This document shows, one piece after another, positions 35,147-45,000 of a DNA stretch of 54,711 nt (position 1 is its first letter; every line of letters begins with the position of its first letter). The stretch is taken from the IMG/VR virus record IMGVR_UViG_3300030119_000989, positions 1 through 54,711 of that record; one strand, written 5' to 3'. A program made the translations under genes and the position numbers. The notes under the pieces are model-generated. The model was not told the origin of the DNA, did no database searches, and was given only the letters and a program-made list of their open reading frames with translations. This DNA comes from a virus (taxonomy: Duplodnaviria; Caudoviricetes).

Positions 35147-36286
35147 ATGGCCAAGAATAACGGAGATATTGACATGCCTGCAGGCTACAACCCCTTGGCA
35201 ACCAACCGAATCAAAGCGATGTGGAACGCCCTTATGGACGTTCGGCAGATCCCTGACAATCTCCGTTACCTTAAGCGGACACCGATTGTCTTTGCTGAAG
35301 ATGATGAAATCATGGCACGACTGACCGAACGTTCCATCATTGCCGATGTGGTTGCCGATGATCAACCCGCCGCTGTGCGTAACGATCACCAGATCACGCT
35401 GGAAGCGACCAAGATTCCCAACATCAAGTCCGGCACCAACATCAAGCAAAGCATGCTCAATCTGGTGCAGCGCATCAAAGCCGAACAAGCCATGGCCGGT
35501 GACGCGAACATCTTTGAAAACTACTTGACTGGCCGCATGGACAAGCTGATGATCAATGTTCGCATGCAGATGAATCTGATGTGTGCAGGCATGATGCTCG
35601 ACAGTTATTCATGGTCTGGCCTCGGTATCAAGTCCGGCACCGTGACGTTTGGTACACCAAGCGACTTGAAGGTCACGCCTAGCGTTGGCTGGGCTACATC
35701 AGCAACCGCAACCCCAGTCGCCGACATCATGGGTGTTAAAACCACAGCACAAAACAAATACGGTGTGGAATACAACCGCATCACCATGTCCAACGCTGAT
35801 TTTCTGCTGATGATCAATACCACTGAGTTCCGCAACGCGGCCAGTGCAATGAAGCTTTTCAACTTCTCGGCAGATCAATTCAGCACCGCCATTGCCAACA
35901 ACAACGCAATCAAGATGGTTGCTGAGTCTGTCCTGGGCATGACCATCGAAATCGACGACACGCAGTATGGACGTGAAGCCAGCGACAGCTCACACAGCTA
36001 CAGCCGCTACCTGCCTACCGGCAAGGTATTGCTGTCCAATACCAGCGACGATGGTAACTCCAGTTCGTTCGACTTCGCCAATGGCATCGTCACTGAAACC
36101 GTGGTCGGTTCCATGAGCATCAATGGTGCACCTGCCATCTTTGGCGGTCCTCAGACTGGCCCGGTCGCATTTGCCACGTTGCCGAACCCTGACCTCAACC
36201 CGCCCAACGCCAATCTGTGGAGTGTTGCTCGCGGCTTCCCCCGCAAGCACAACCAGGCGGCTACCGCCATCCTGACCGTCGGCTAA
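35147..36286 (+). CDS. Major capsid protein (lambda E-like)
   Basis: 379 aa; position; FGTPSDLKVT...W......PVADI, ITMS pattern. Confidence 0.82.
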   Translation: MAKNNGDIDMPAGYNPLATNRIKAMWNALMDVRQIPDNLRYLKRTPIVFAEDDEIMARLTERSIIADVVADDQPAAVRNDHQITLEATKIPNIKSGTNIKQSMLNLVQRIKAEQAMAGDANIFENYLTGRMDKLMINVRMQMNLMCAGMMLDSYSWSGLGIKSGTVTFGTPSDLKVTPSVGWATSATATPVADIMGVKTTAQNKYGVEYNRITMSNADFLLMINTTEFRNAASAMKLFNFSADQFSTAIANNNAIKMVAESVLGMTIEIDDTQYGREASDSSHSYSRYLPTGKVLLSNTSDDGNSSSFDFANGIVTETVVGSMSINGAPAIFGGPQTGPVAFATLPNPDLNPPNANLWSVARGFPRKHNQAATAILTVG

Positions 36287-36328
36287 ACCGCCATCCTGAT
36301 CCTGTAACAAATCCGCAAGGAGTCAATC

Positions 36329-36583
36329 GTGAGCAATTACGACAGTAACGGAAACCTGAAACGCTCGGCCATGGAACAGATCATCAAGTCCGGTGGTTCG
36401 GTCATGGTCAATGGCCAGACCATCACCAAGGTCGAAGACCTGCCCAAGCAAGCAGTGAAGGAATCCGGCTCAACCGCCCCATCCGACACTGCTGACGCCA
36501 AGGCCAAGGCAGAATCTGACGCAAAGGCTAAGGCCGACGCCAAAGCTAAAGCAGAGACTGCAAAAGCTAAGGCCACAAAGTAA
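36329..36583 (+). CDS. Small head-associated protein with A/K-rich tail
   Basis: AAGGAG RBS; (D/E)AKAKA repeats. Confidence 0.6.
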   Translation: MSNYDSNGNLKRSAMEQIIKSGGSVMVNGQTITKVEDLPKQAVKESGSTAPSDTADAKAKAESDAKAKADAKAKAETAKAKATK

Positions 36584-36622
36584 GTCATTCTGATACCTCA
36601 CGTGTGAGAGGTCGTCATCCTG

Positions 36623-36660
36623 CTGCCCGGCCTGTTCATCCCAGGTCGGGCAGTTTTATT
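36623..36660 (+). terminator. Intrinsic terminator after the capsid genes
   Basis: CTGCCCGGCCTG-loop-CAGGTCGGGCAG followed by TTTTATT. Confidence 0.75.
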
Positions 36661-36673
36661 AAGAGAGCATCAC

Positions 36674-37108
36674 ATGCCCTATTCAACACGCACAGACATC
36701 GAGGACATCTTTGGCCCCATCAACGTGCAGACGTGGGGCAACCTGGATGCTGGCGACATCGAGGACGAAGATGTACTCGCCGACATCGCCGCACGCATCA
36801 CACGTGCAATCTCTCACGCAGACGATCATATTAATGCCATCCTTAGCGGGTCGGACTATACCATTCCCCTCTCTGCACAACCGGGCAAGTCCATCGGCCT
36901 GATCACAACCATCTCAGCGACATTAGCAGGCTGCTGGCTCTACGAAGCTCGCGGTCTGGATGATGCAGATGATGAGGGGCGACCGTACAACCGCTACTCG
37001 TCGAAGAAAAAATCCGTCGAGACCATGCTCGCTAACATCGCTGATGGCAGTCTCAAGATTGATGCAGTCCAAGCAACGGCGGGCGTCAACATCCCGTTCG
37101 TCGTGTGA
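36674..37108 (+). CDS. Head-tail adaptor (Mu gp36/DUF1320-like)
   Basis: MPYSTRTDI...AISHADDHINAIL...YTIPL...L.NIADG. Confidence 0.8.
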   Translation: MPYSTRTDIEDIFGPINVQTWGNLDAGDIEDEDVLADIAARITRAISHADDHINAILSGSDYTIPLSAQPGKSIGLITTISATLAGCWLYEARGLDDADDEGRPYNRYSSKKKSVETMLANIADGSLKIDAVQATAGVNIPFVV

Positions 37109-37632
37109 TCCCGAAAGGCTCCCCGATGTTCCGCATTCACAACACCATCACACTCGACCTGTCACGGCTTGAAGCGTACAAGCGTCGGTTCCGCAATCCG
37201 AAGACGCCCGAGATGCGACCGGTGATGAATCAATGGCGTGCCAGGTATCTGGGCTTTGTTCGCAGGCGATATGTCGAGCAATCCAAAGGTGGCGGCAATT
37301 GGCCAAGTCTGAGCCCCGCAACAATCCGCAGTCGTCGAAAAGGCAAGGGTAAAGGGTCGCCGGCGATCATGCGAAACACCGGCACATTGCTGGCCGTGCT
37401 TGATACTCAGCGGACAGACAACTGGAAATTCATCAACAACGGCCTGCGAGTCGGGTTTCTCAAATCAAAAACGTCAAGACACCCCGGCGGCAAACGCTCA
37501 CTGAGTGTCGCAGACATCGCTGGCATTCACCAGTTTGGCAAAGGCCGCAACCCCAAGCGAGAAATCATCGTTGATCCCGACAAACAAACCACCGATGGCA
37601 TGATCCGCGATCTGATGCGGGCCACCAAATAG
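37105..37632 (+). CDS. Virion morphogenesis / tail completion protein (Mu gpG-like)
   Basis: WPSLSPATIRSR...IMRNTGTL...AGIHQFG...PKR. Confidence 0.8.
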   Translation: MIPKGSPMFRIHNTITLDLSRLEAYKRRFRNPKTPEMRPVMNQWRARYLGFVRRRYVEQSKGGGNWPSLSPATIRSRRKGKGKGSPAIMRNTGTLLAVLDTQRTDNWKFINNGLRVGFLKSKTSRHPGGKRSLSVADIAGIHQFGKGRNPKREIIVDPDKQTTDGMIRDLMRATK

Positions 37633-37643
37633 GAAACGCACAC

Positions 37644-38120
37644 ATGACTGTACCTGCTGAACCATGGGGACAAGTCCTCACTGCATTATGGAACGTTCTC
37701 GAATCCAGAAGCGGATTTACCAGTCTGGTCAAACCCGGCAACCGTATCCGATTCGATAATCGCATTCGCAAGTCCACCCTGCAGGCCGCTGACGTGCCAT
37801 TGGTCGCTGTGGTCGCTGATGCCGTGGATCCGCACATGTTTCGCACCAGCAACGGAAGCTCGTTCAAACGCCAGTTCCGCTTTGAGATTTACACCGGCGA
37901 GGTGGACATCACCGCTCAAGCTTTTCCTGTGGAGTGGCAAATCATGCTGGCGGTTGCATCGATTGGCAACAGGCTGGACGGATTGGATTTCGTCCGCTCA
38001 GTCAGACCCGTACAAGGCCAAGCCCCCGGCGCCGATCCCGAAGGCAAATCCAACGGCTGGTATACCGTCATTGGCGTCGAAGTTGAAGTCTGGTTTGACA
38101 CCGCCTCTCTCCAATCTTGA
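37644..38120 (+). CDS. Putative tail terminator
   Basis: Size and position before the tail tube gene. Confidence 0.55.
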   Translation: MTVPAEPWGQVLTALWNVLESRSGFTSLVKPGNRIRFDNRIRKSTLQAADVPLVAVVADAVDPHMFRTSNGSSFKRQFRFEIYTGEVDITAQAFPVEWQIMLAVASIGNRLDGLDFVRSVRPVQGQAPGADPEGKSNGWYTVIGVEVEVWFDTASLQS

Positions 38121-38139
38121 ATTTTTTTCTTCAACCACA
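38096..38139 (+). promoter_or_regulatory. Putative late promoter motif, copy 6
   Basis: TGAC-ACCGCC-N26-CAACCACA upstream of the tail tube gene. Confidence 0.75.
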
Positions 38140-38165
38140 TGGTGACTCATTAACAGGAGATCATC

Positions 38166-38972
38166 ATGGGTAACACATACACGGGCATGGGTGGGACAGT
38201 CGACGGCGCCAACACAGTGCGCACTTGGTCCACCTCTGAGACCGAAGAAAACAAGCCGTACAATGCATCCAATACCCTTGGCGGTACTGGCCAGCTTGGT
38301 GGCATCAAGGATTGGAGCGGTTCGTACACTCAATATGGTCACACCCCAACACACTTCCCCGGCGACACCATCACGTTCGTCGGGTTCGACGGTGCCAACA
38401 AGACCACCGGATCCGCGATCATCTCGCAGGTGGAAATTACCGCCAATCAAGAGTCTGGCGACATCGAAAGTATTACCGTGACGCTGGCGGGCAATGGCGC
38501 CCTGACGCACACAACCGGGACGATTACCGACTCCACACTTCCCAACCCGCCAAGTTCTCTGTCGCTCAAAGTTGAGTTGGCTGAAACCGACACGTTTACC
38601 GAGCTTGATGATGTGCGGTCGTGGACGCTCACTATCGCTTGCGATCTCAAAGAGTATGCATCGTCCAGCACCAGCGGCTGGAAGAAACGCAAGGCTGGCA
38701 ACATCACAGCGAGTGGTTCAATCTCGTTCTACAACCAGGACGTGCGTACCGCCCCTGATATTGGCGATGTTCGCAAGCTGCGTCTCTACGTCACATCGAC
38801 GCTGTTCTACCTCATTCATTGGGCACGATTCGGCGAAGGTGCTTACGAGACATCCATCGAAGGTGCTGAACTCGCCAGCGGCACCGCGAACTGGAACTGG
38901 TCCGGCTTTAACGCTGGCGTTGCAGGCACGATCACCAAACCCGACACCACGGAATGGTGGCCAGCAGCGTAA
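38166..38972 (+). CDS. Major tail tube protein with two tandem tube-like domains
   Basis: VRTWS...GIKDWSGS and VRSWT...GNITASGS halves; AGGAG RBS. Confidence 0.72.
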   Translation: MGNTYTGMGGTVDGANTVRTWSTSETEENKPYNASNTLGGTGQLGGIKDWSGSYTQYGHTPTHFPGDTITFVGFDGANKTTGSAIISQVEITANQESGDIESITVTLAGNGALTHTTGTITDSTLPNPPSSLSLKVELAETDTFTELDDVRSWTLTIACDLKEYASSSTSGWKKRKAGNITASGSISFYNQDVRTAPDIGDVRKLRLYVTSTLFYLIHWARFGEGAYETSIEGAELASGTANWNWSGFNAGVAGTITKPDTTEWWPAA

Positions 38973-39016
38973 GCGACTGAATCAATCAAACAAACCTCCT
39001 GACAAGGATCAATCCC

Positions 39017-39403
39017 ATGCCCACTCATTCACTCACTCGCGGCTGGCAGCGTAACAGCGATGTCGAAACCAAACGCCAGGACATCACCGCCGATGGTGAA
39101 ATCACAGCCGAAATCGCAGTCCCGGATAGCTCGACCGATCTGCAAGCCACTGTTGGCATCGATGTGTCGGAAATCAAATCGCTCTACCTGCTCTCCACGC
39201 AGGATGTGACCATCGAAACCAACGATGGCAGCTCAGCAGACGACACAATTGCTCTCAAGGCTGGCATTCCGCTCATCTGGGAAAACGTGTCTGGCTATTA
39301 CGACAACCCCCTGAGCACTGATGTTACCGACCTGTACATCACCAACGCATCCGGCAGTGATGCTACTGTGACACTGCGTGTGTTGCAGGATGTGACGCCA
39401 TAA
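39017..39403 (+). CDS. Putative tail-associated protein
   Basis: Beta-rich 128-aa ORF between the tube and chaperone genes. Confidence 0.55.
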   Translation: MPTHSLTRGWQRNSDVETKRQDITADGEITAEIAVPDSSTDLQATVGIDVSEIKSLYLLSTQDVTIETNDGSSADDTIALKAGIPLIWENVSGYYDNPLSTDVTDLYITNASGSDATVTLRVLQDVTP

Positions 39404-39440
39404 CAACTGATTAACAACCACTCACACGCAAGGAGAAGCT

Positions 39441-39914
39441 ATGAGTGATCTATCTACCGTGACCGCCGCGCCGATTGAAATCGAGCTTGGCAGCAAGACC
39501 TACAAGATGCGTCCACTGACGATTGCCGACTTAGGCGATTTTGAGAACTGGGTTCGTCAAAAGATTATCGCTAACAGCATGCACGCAGCGCGTGATCTGC
39601 CTGCCCGAGACCGCCGTGATTTGACCAGTGAAGCCATCAACGCTGCTTCACGCGTAACCTATGACTCGCGCGAAGCCCAAGGCATGATGCAGTCCATTGA
39701 GGGGGCAGGCCAACTCATTTACCTGTCACTACGCCACGAGCACCCCGACATCACACGTGAGCAAGTTGTGAGCAAGCTTGCCAATGTGCAGCAATTCTCC
39801 AATCTGGCTGATTCCCTAATGAAAATCTCAGCCCCTAATCTCAATGGAGGCGAATCCCCAAAAGCGGAGCCGGTAAAACCGGCCATCACACAGACATCGC
39901 CAAGCTCTTTGTGA
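39441..39914 (+). CDS. Tail assembly chaperone (gpG-like)
   Basis: IELGSKTYKMRPLT pattern; position before the tape measure gene. Confidence 0.75.
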   Translation: MSDLSTVTAAPIEIELGSKTYKMRPLTIADLGDFENWVRQKIIANSMHAARDLPARDRRDLTSEAINAASRVTYDSREAQGMMQSIEGAGQLIYLSLRHEHPDITREQVVSKLANVQQFSNLADSLMKISAPNLNGGESPKAEPVKPAITQTSPSSL

Positions 39915-40069
39915 TTTTGAGCCAAGAATATGGATGGACGCCTAGACAGATCGGCGACCTCACTCTAGCCCAGGCGGTGGTTTATGCGTCAAGCGGCGAA
40001 CGGCAAGTTGGTGGGAGGCAGAAATTTAAGAGCTTGGCTGCTGCTATTGCAGCTACTAAAGGATCGTGA
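39857..40069 (+). other. Programmed -1 frameshift site and gpGT-like extension
   Basis: C CCA AAA at 39857-39863, then hairpin GCCGGT-AAA-ACCGGC; the -1 frame is open to TGA 40069 and encodes EYGWTPRQIGDLTLAQ. Confidence 0.8.
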
Positions 40070-40072
40070 CCT

Positions 40073-42508
40073 ATGCCAATTATCGGTGAAGCTGCAATCA
40101 ATCTCGTGGCCAACACTCGCCCTTTGCAAAGCTCGCTGGGAAAAGTGGGCGGCATACTTCGCAATAACCTTGCACCTATTGCGAAGATCGGCGGGCTTAT
40201 CGGCGCGGCAATCTCTGGCGCAACTGTAGCAGCAGGCGTTTTTGGAACAAAGATGGCCGCTGACATGGAACAGACTGAGATTGCTTTTGAATCCATGCTT
40301 AAATCCGCAGACAAAGCCAAGCAAGTTATTGGCGATCTGAAAAGATTCAGCGATGTTACCCCATTCGAGCCGGATGAAGTGATTTCTGCGGGACGTGCAC
40401 TGATTGCGTTTAATGAGCCAGCCCACCAGTTAACGCAAACCCTGACCCGGATCGGCGACATCTCTGCTGGGTTGCGAATCCCCCTTGGCGAACTAACTGA
40501 AATCTACGGGAAAGCGCGTGTCAATGGGCGGTTGATGATGGAGGATATCAACCAGCTTACCGGTCGCGGCATCCCAATCATCGGCGAGTTGGCCAAGCAG
40601 TTTGGCGTCACAGAAGGCGAGGTGCGTAACCTGGTCAGCACCGGCAAGGTTGGGTTTAAGAATCTTGAGCAGGCGTTTACGGACATGACCAGCAATGGCG
40701 GCATGTTCTTCGATTTGATGGCCAAGCAGTCCAAGTCTGCAATTGGATTGTGGAGTACATTTCAAGGCGCGATCAAGGATGTTTTTCGTGACTTCGGAAA
40801 GATTCTTCTTGAGGAGCTAAACCTAAAGCAAGTCCTGTCTGCTGCGATTGACCAGCTAAAAGGCTTCAGAGAGACATTCATCCCAACAATTCGATCTGCA
40901 ATCCAGATTACACGTGAGTTTGCCACGGTTGTCGCTGGTGCCACAAAATGGATATACAACTTCATGTTTGGCGGCGAAGGGCTGCGCGGTGTAATCGGAA
41001 AGGTCAAGCTGGCTGTGGCTGGATTGGCTATTGGGTTTACCGGACTGTCTGCTGCCATTGTTGGCACTCAAGCCGCCTTACTGGTGTTTACTAGGACATC
41101 GCTACCCGAACTGATCGCTTTGATCAAGGTTATCATTAAGTCGCTAAAGGCGTTTACAGCTTCTCTCTGGACGTTAAATACTGCCGTTATTGCGGTCAAG
41201 GTTGCGATTGGTGGTGCCCTTATCACGGTCTTGTTGGCACTTGGTGCAGCATTTCTCAAAGCCAAGGCTGAAGGGATTGGGCTTGATGAGGTATTAATGA
41301 ATTTAGCAGACGACGCGGGCATCATCTACAACAAAACACGCCATCTGCAAAATGCCCAGGATAACCTTGCTCAATCCAGCAAACGACTTGCAACAGCAAT
41401 GAAAGCTGTTGATGCTGCGGATAGCACAGAAAAGCAATTGACCGCGAGTGTTGATCTCGTCAAGGCGCTTGAAGATCGCATTGCTGCAATCAAGCGGTAC
41501 AGCATTATTGCACGCGACCAGGCTGGCGAGATGAGCATGTCTCAATGGCGTGTTGATGTGCGAAATATCAAACTGCTTAGTGAGCAGTTAAACAAGGCCA
41601 AGCAAGCTGTCAAAGATCTGCAAGATCAAATAGCAAACGGATCGTCGGACCAGCACGTCGAGGACATCAAGCGGATTGAAAAGGCGTTAAAAGACCTCAA
41701 CACTGAGGTGCAACACTTTGGCATGTCCCAGGAAGATATCCTGCTGGTTGATTTTCTGGCTATGAAGAAGCTGGGCGTTGCGACTGATGAACAAGTCCAA
41801 AAACTCACAGCATTGCAGAATGATCTAAAACGACTCAAAGGTGAATCATTTCTTGATGACCTCCAACGAGAACTCGACACGATGGGTATGGACAGTATTG
41901 AGTTAAAGATTTTTGACCTGCAAAACATGAAGCTTGGCGCCGATCAACTCAAACAGGCACAAGAGATTTTGCAGCAGATGCGAAGCCAAAGTGTTGAGAA
42001 CTTGATCGGCGACCGTCAGCAAAAGGTTTCATTCTTTGGCGCTCCTGATGAGATGGAATTGGCAAACCTCAAGGGAGCAACTGAAGATCAAAAAGACCGC
42101 CTACGTGAGTTGAACGGCGAGCTTAAGCGCCTTTCCATCGGTGAACACATTGCCAAACTCCGCATTGATGTTGAAGAAAGTGGTCTTGGCGATATTGAGA
42201 GAAGGCTAAACGAATTGAGGCGTGAAGGTGCTGATGCATCACAAATCGCCGAGGCACGTGCTCTACTTGAGCAACAGCAGGAAAACCAAGATCGCCCTAA
42301 TCGCATCCAAACCGTCGGACTCACCGACATGTTCAACCGCATTCAAACCGCGATCAGCCCCAAGGACGATCCACAGAAAAACACCGAGAAGAACACCAAG
42401 TCGCTGGTGGATTTGGCTCAAAAGACCAACAAGCTGCTGGATACGGTGGCTCAAAATACCAAGACGAGCACCACGGCCAGCACGGTTGCCCTTGGGTTTG
42501 GTGCTTGA
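40073..42508 (+). CDS. Tape measure protein
   Basis: AFESMLKSADKA...TPFE...IGDISA...EDINQLTGRGIPI; helical, 811 aa. Confidence 0.93.
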   Translation: MPIIGEAAINLVANTRPLQSSLGKVGGILRNNLAPIAKIGGLIGAAISGATVAAGVFGTKMAADMEQTEIAFESMLKSADKAKQVIGDLKRFSDVTPFEPDEVISAGRALIAFNEPAHQLTQTLTRIGDISAGLRIPLGELTEIYGKARVNGRLMMEDINQLTGRGIPIIGELAKQFGVTEGEVRNLVSTGKVGFKNLEQAFTDMTSNGGMFFDLMAKQSKSAIGLWSTFQGAIKDVFRDFGKILLEELNLKQVLSAAIDQLKGFRETFIPTIRSAIQITREFATVVAGATKWIYNFMFGGEGLRGVIGKVKLAVAGLAIGFTGLSAAIVGTQAALLVFTRTSLPELIALIKVIIKSLKAFTASLWTLNTAVIAVKVAIGGALITVLLALGAAFLKAKAEGIGLDEVLMNLADDAGIIYNKTRHLQNAQDNLAQSSKRLATAMKAVDAADSTEKQLTASVDLVKALEDRIAAIKRYSIIARDQAGEMSMSQWRVDVRNIKLLSEQLNKAKQAVKDLQDQIANGSSDQHVEDIKRIEKALKDLNTEVQHFGMSQEDILLVDFLAMKKLGVATDEQVQKLTALQNDLKRLKGESFLDDLQRELDTMGMDSIELKIFDLQNMKLGADQLKQAQEILQQMRSQSVENLIGDRQQKVSFFGAPDEMELANLKGATEDQKDRLRELNGELKRLSIGEHIAKLRIDVEESGLGDIERRLNELRREGADASQIAEARALLEQQQENQDRPNRIQTVGLTDMFNRIQTAISPKDDPQKNTEKNTKSLVDLAQKTNKLLDTVAQNTKTSTTASTVALGFGA

Positions 42509-42511
42509 TCG

Positions 42512-42555
42512 TGACACCGCCGTTCTCCACCTGACTTGCCTAATGGGTAACCACC
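42512..42555 (+). promoter_or_regulatory. Putative late promoter motif, copy 7
   Basis: TGAC-ACCGCC-N26-TAACCACC just after the tape measure stop. Confidence 0.75.
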
Positions 42556-42689
42556 ATGCGAAGGCAAAAGTAGTAACCCACAAACAAACTTCCAGCGCCC
42601 CCGCTACCACAATCTGCTTTTCCTTCACGGGCATGGCCCTGCCGTAGGGCCTGCCCATTTTTCAATCTCCATGTGAAGGAAATCACATC

Positions 42690-43529
42690 ATGGCCCTCAC
42701 TGTCGAATTCGAAGAACTCCCCGGATCACCCAAAGAACAATACACCGCCACCGGGTTCCAGGTTACCCGTCGCTTCAAATGCCCGTGGTCGCGGCGTCAC
42801 AAGTTGGCCCGACAGTTCAAGGCCAAGCAGGGTATCGCCTACAAGTACAACGTGGCCGCACGTGTGACAGATGTGGCCATCGATCCGTTCTTCGACAATG
42901 AAGGCAAGGTCGATGAAAACCCCAATCCCCGCGAGATCACGTACTCCGACGCCTTGCTCACGGTGACATACCGCACGCCGGACGGCTACACCGTGATTGA
43001 TTCGGATGATCCTGAAACGCTCATCACCGAGAATGTTGATGATTGGACGGAGTTTTTGACAATATCAGGGCGTCGGCTGTGGTGGGGATCCGAGGGAAGC
43101 GATACTGTCGTCGGCCCATTTCAACCAAGGCCGCTTGGCGATGAAGCATCGCCCGGTATGCTGATCACTGGCATGACGTGGAAGATCACACGATATGAAG
43201 TGCTTTCGGTACCTCAAGTATGGCGAGACCTCAACGGTTACGTCAATTCGGACGAACTGTATTCGCGGACACTCGGCATGACCTTCGCACCGGAAACGCT
43301 GCTTTACATGCCGATGACCATGCAAAGAACAATCACCAGTGATGGCTTAAAGGCATGGACAGTCACGCAAACCATGTCGCATCGCTTGACCGGATGGAAT
43401 AGCTTCTATGATCCCAAACGGGCAGGCTGGTTTCCAGTGTACACGCCACCAGTCGGTGAAAATAAGGAACAAGATCAAAACCGAATTTACACCCCAACCA
43501 CATTCAAAGACAAGCTAAACTGGAAATAA
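42690..43529 (+). CDS. Putative distal tail / tail-tip protein
   Basis: Position after the tape measure gene; beta-rich. Confidence 0.55.
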   Translation: MALTVEFEELPGSPKEQYTATGFQVTRRFKCPWSRRHKLARQFKAKQGIAYKYNVAARVTDVAIDPFFDNEGKVDENPNPREITYSDALLTVTYRTPDGYTVIDSDDPETLITENVDDWTEFLTISGRRLWWGSEGSDTVVGPFQPRPLGDEASPGMLITGMTWKITRYEVLSVPQVWRDLNGYVNSDELYSRTLGMTFAPETLLYMPMTMQRTITSDGLKAWTVTQTMSHRLTGWNSFYDPKRAGWFPVYTPPVGENKEQDQNRIYTPTTFKDKLNWK

Positions 43530-44231
43530 TCAGTTCGGAATCTGAAACTTTCGTGGATAATTGGTCCATTCAAAACCATCACGTTCCCTGTTTGGCTTGG
43601 CACGCCAGACAGGGAATTCTTTTATTTGATGCGTGTGCAAATAATCAAATAGTTGCTGTGGGACAATTGCTAATTCAAATTCTCGATATTGGTTATAAGC
43701 GTCATAGCTCTTTGCTCCAGACGTGTACTTTCCTGTCTGTTTCTTTCCTAATGTCACAACTTTTGAATTCAATTTTGGTTTATCGAGACTATAGACAAAT
43801 GGATTGTTTCGTACTTTGGGCTGGTAAATAAAGAATCCATCATCGGTAAGATAATTTACTGTTCCCTCCAACACCTCATATCCCTCCGGCGCGTCCAGCT
43901 TCATGTGTTTGTACACCTCACCGATCCACCGACACCGCACATCCCCAATCGGCTCGTAAAACCACGGTGCTGAAGCGTCGTGATACGCATCGCCTTTGCC
44001 TCGCTTTGCTCGCTTCTGAGCCTCCTTCATCACCTCAACACACCACAGCTTGTCGCCAATCTTCACCCAGTTGGGTGCCTGCTGCTCAAACAGCCGCTTG
44101 ACGCCCGTGGGTTGATCTTCCCACTTCGGTCCCGCCTGTTTGTCTGCAATCTTGTTCGTGCCATCCTCAGCCGTTGCAACCATGCTCAAACTCAGGATCA
44201 TCATTCCAATCATCAATGTGCGACGTTCCAT
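43530..44231 (-). CDS. Secreted protein (moron) antisense to the tail operon
   Basis: Signal peptide MERRTLMIGMMILSLSMVATA; AT-rich 3' half; opposite orientation. Confidence 0.7.
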   Translation of the reverse strand: MERRTLMIGMMILSLSMVATAEDGTNKIADKQAGPKWEDQPTGVKRLFEQQAPNWVKIGDKLWCVEVMKEAQKRAKRGKGDAYHDASAPWFYEPIGDVRCRWIGEVYKHMKLDAPEGYEVLEGTVNYLTDDGFFIYQPKVRNNPFVYSLDKPKLNSKVVTLGKKQTGKYTSGAKSYDAYNQYREFELAIVPQQLFDYLHTHQIKEFPVWRAKPNRERDGFEWTNYPRKFQIPN

Positions 44232-44266
44232 GTCGCCCCCTTTCGTGTGTGAACTCTACGCCTACA

Positions 44267-44310
44267 TGATACCGCCTCACGCCATCCCGTAAATGGGAAA
44301 GGCAATCACA
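44267..44310 (+). promoter_or_regulatory. Putative late promoter motif, copy 8
   Basis: TGAT-ACCGCC-N26-CAATCACA upstream of 44344. Confidence 0.72.
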
Positions 44311-44343
44311 TAATGACCGTCAGTGGCAAAATGAGGATTCCAG

Positions 44344-45000
44344 ATGCCAGGCACAGACCAACTTCGATATGTCAAAGCAGGCGACCGCCCTAGCGCGAGC
44401 CAGCACAACATCATTGTCGATGCAGTCAAGGAAAAACAATCAGGCGCCAATGCTTTCTCTGGGCAAGGGTATACCCAGCGACCAGACGCCAGCAAGTTTT
44501 CCCGCGTGGCCAGATTCCGGGTGGACGAAGAGATTCCAGACCCAATCGAAGCACGTGACTATCTCAAGTGTGTTGAGTTGGACGGCAGTGACGTGGTTTC
44601 AGATCAGATTGTTGTCGCCTTATCTGAACACACCAAACCACTCAGCGTACTCTACGCCAAAGATTTGATCCTTTTCGCTGCTGAGGTGATCGACGATTTT
44701 GGTGAGACTGATGATGATGACAATCCAATCATGTGGTTGGAAGTGGTGCCGCCGGTGCTAGTGGGCGATCCAGTGGATTTGACATACACAGGCGGCAGCA
44801 CAACCGCAGTCACCGGCACGTGGGACAGGGACAATCAAACCGGCAACGGCATGACCAAGCGGTACCAGCGGATTGAGTGGGATGACGAAAACAAAAAGCT
44901 CGTCGCATTCGAGTGGACGGAAACAGTTGATGCATTTGGCCGCAAGGTAGGCAGCACGCTGGAAGTGGCGAGAGATATTGTTCAGTTCGAGGCTTGCTAA
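44344..45000 (+). CDS. Putative tail-tip protein
   Basis: VKAGDRPSASQHNIIVDAV N-terminus common to minor tail proteins. Confidence 0.55.
   Translation: MPGTDQLRYVKAGDRPSASQHNIIVDAVKEKQSGANAFSGQGYTQRPDASKFSRVARFRVDEEIPDPIEARDYLKCVELDGSDVVSDQIVVALSEHTKPLSVLYAKDLILFAAEVIDDFGETDDDDNPIMWLEVVPPVLVGDPVDLTYTGGSTTAVTGTWDRDNQTGNGMTKRYQRIEWDDENKKLVAFEWTETVDAFGRKVGSTLEVARDIVQFEAC

Noticed and set aside
36263-36326. Two ACCGCCATCCTGA copies at the capsid gene end as further late motifs
   Set aside because: Neither has the second box at +26.
29589-37632. Mu-like transposable phage
   Set aside because: Head genes are Mu-like, but there is no DDE transposase or MuB; a tyrosine integrase and a tRNA att site are present.
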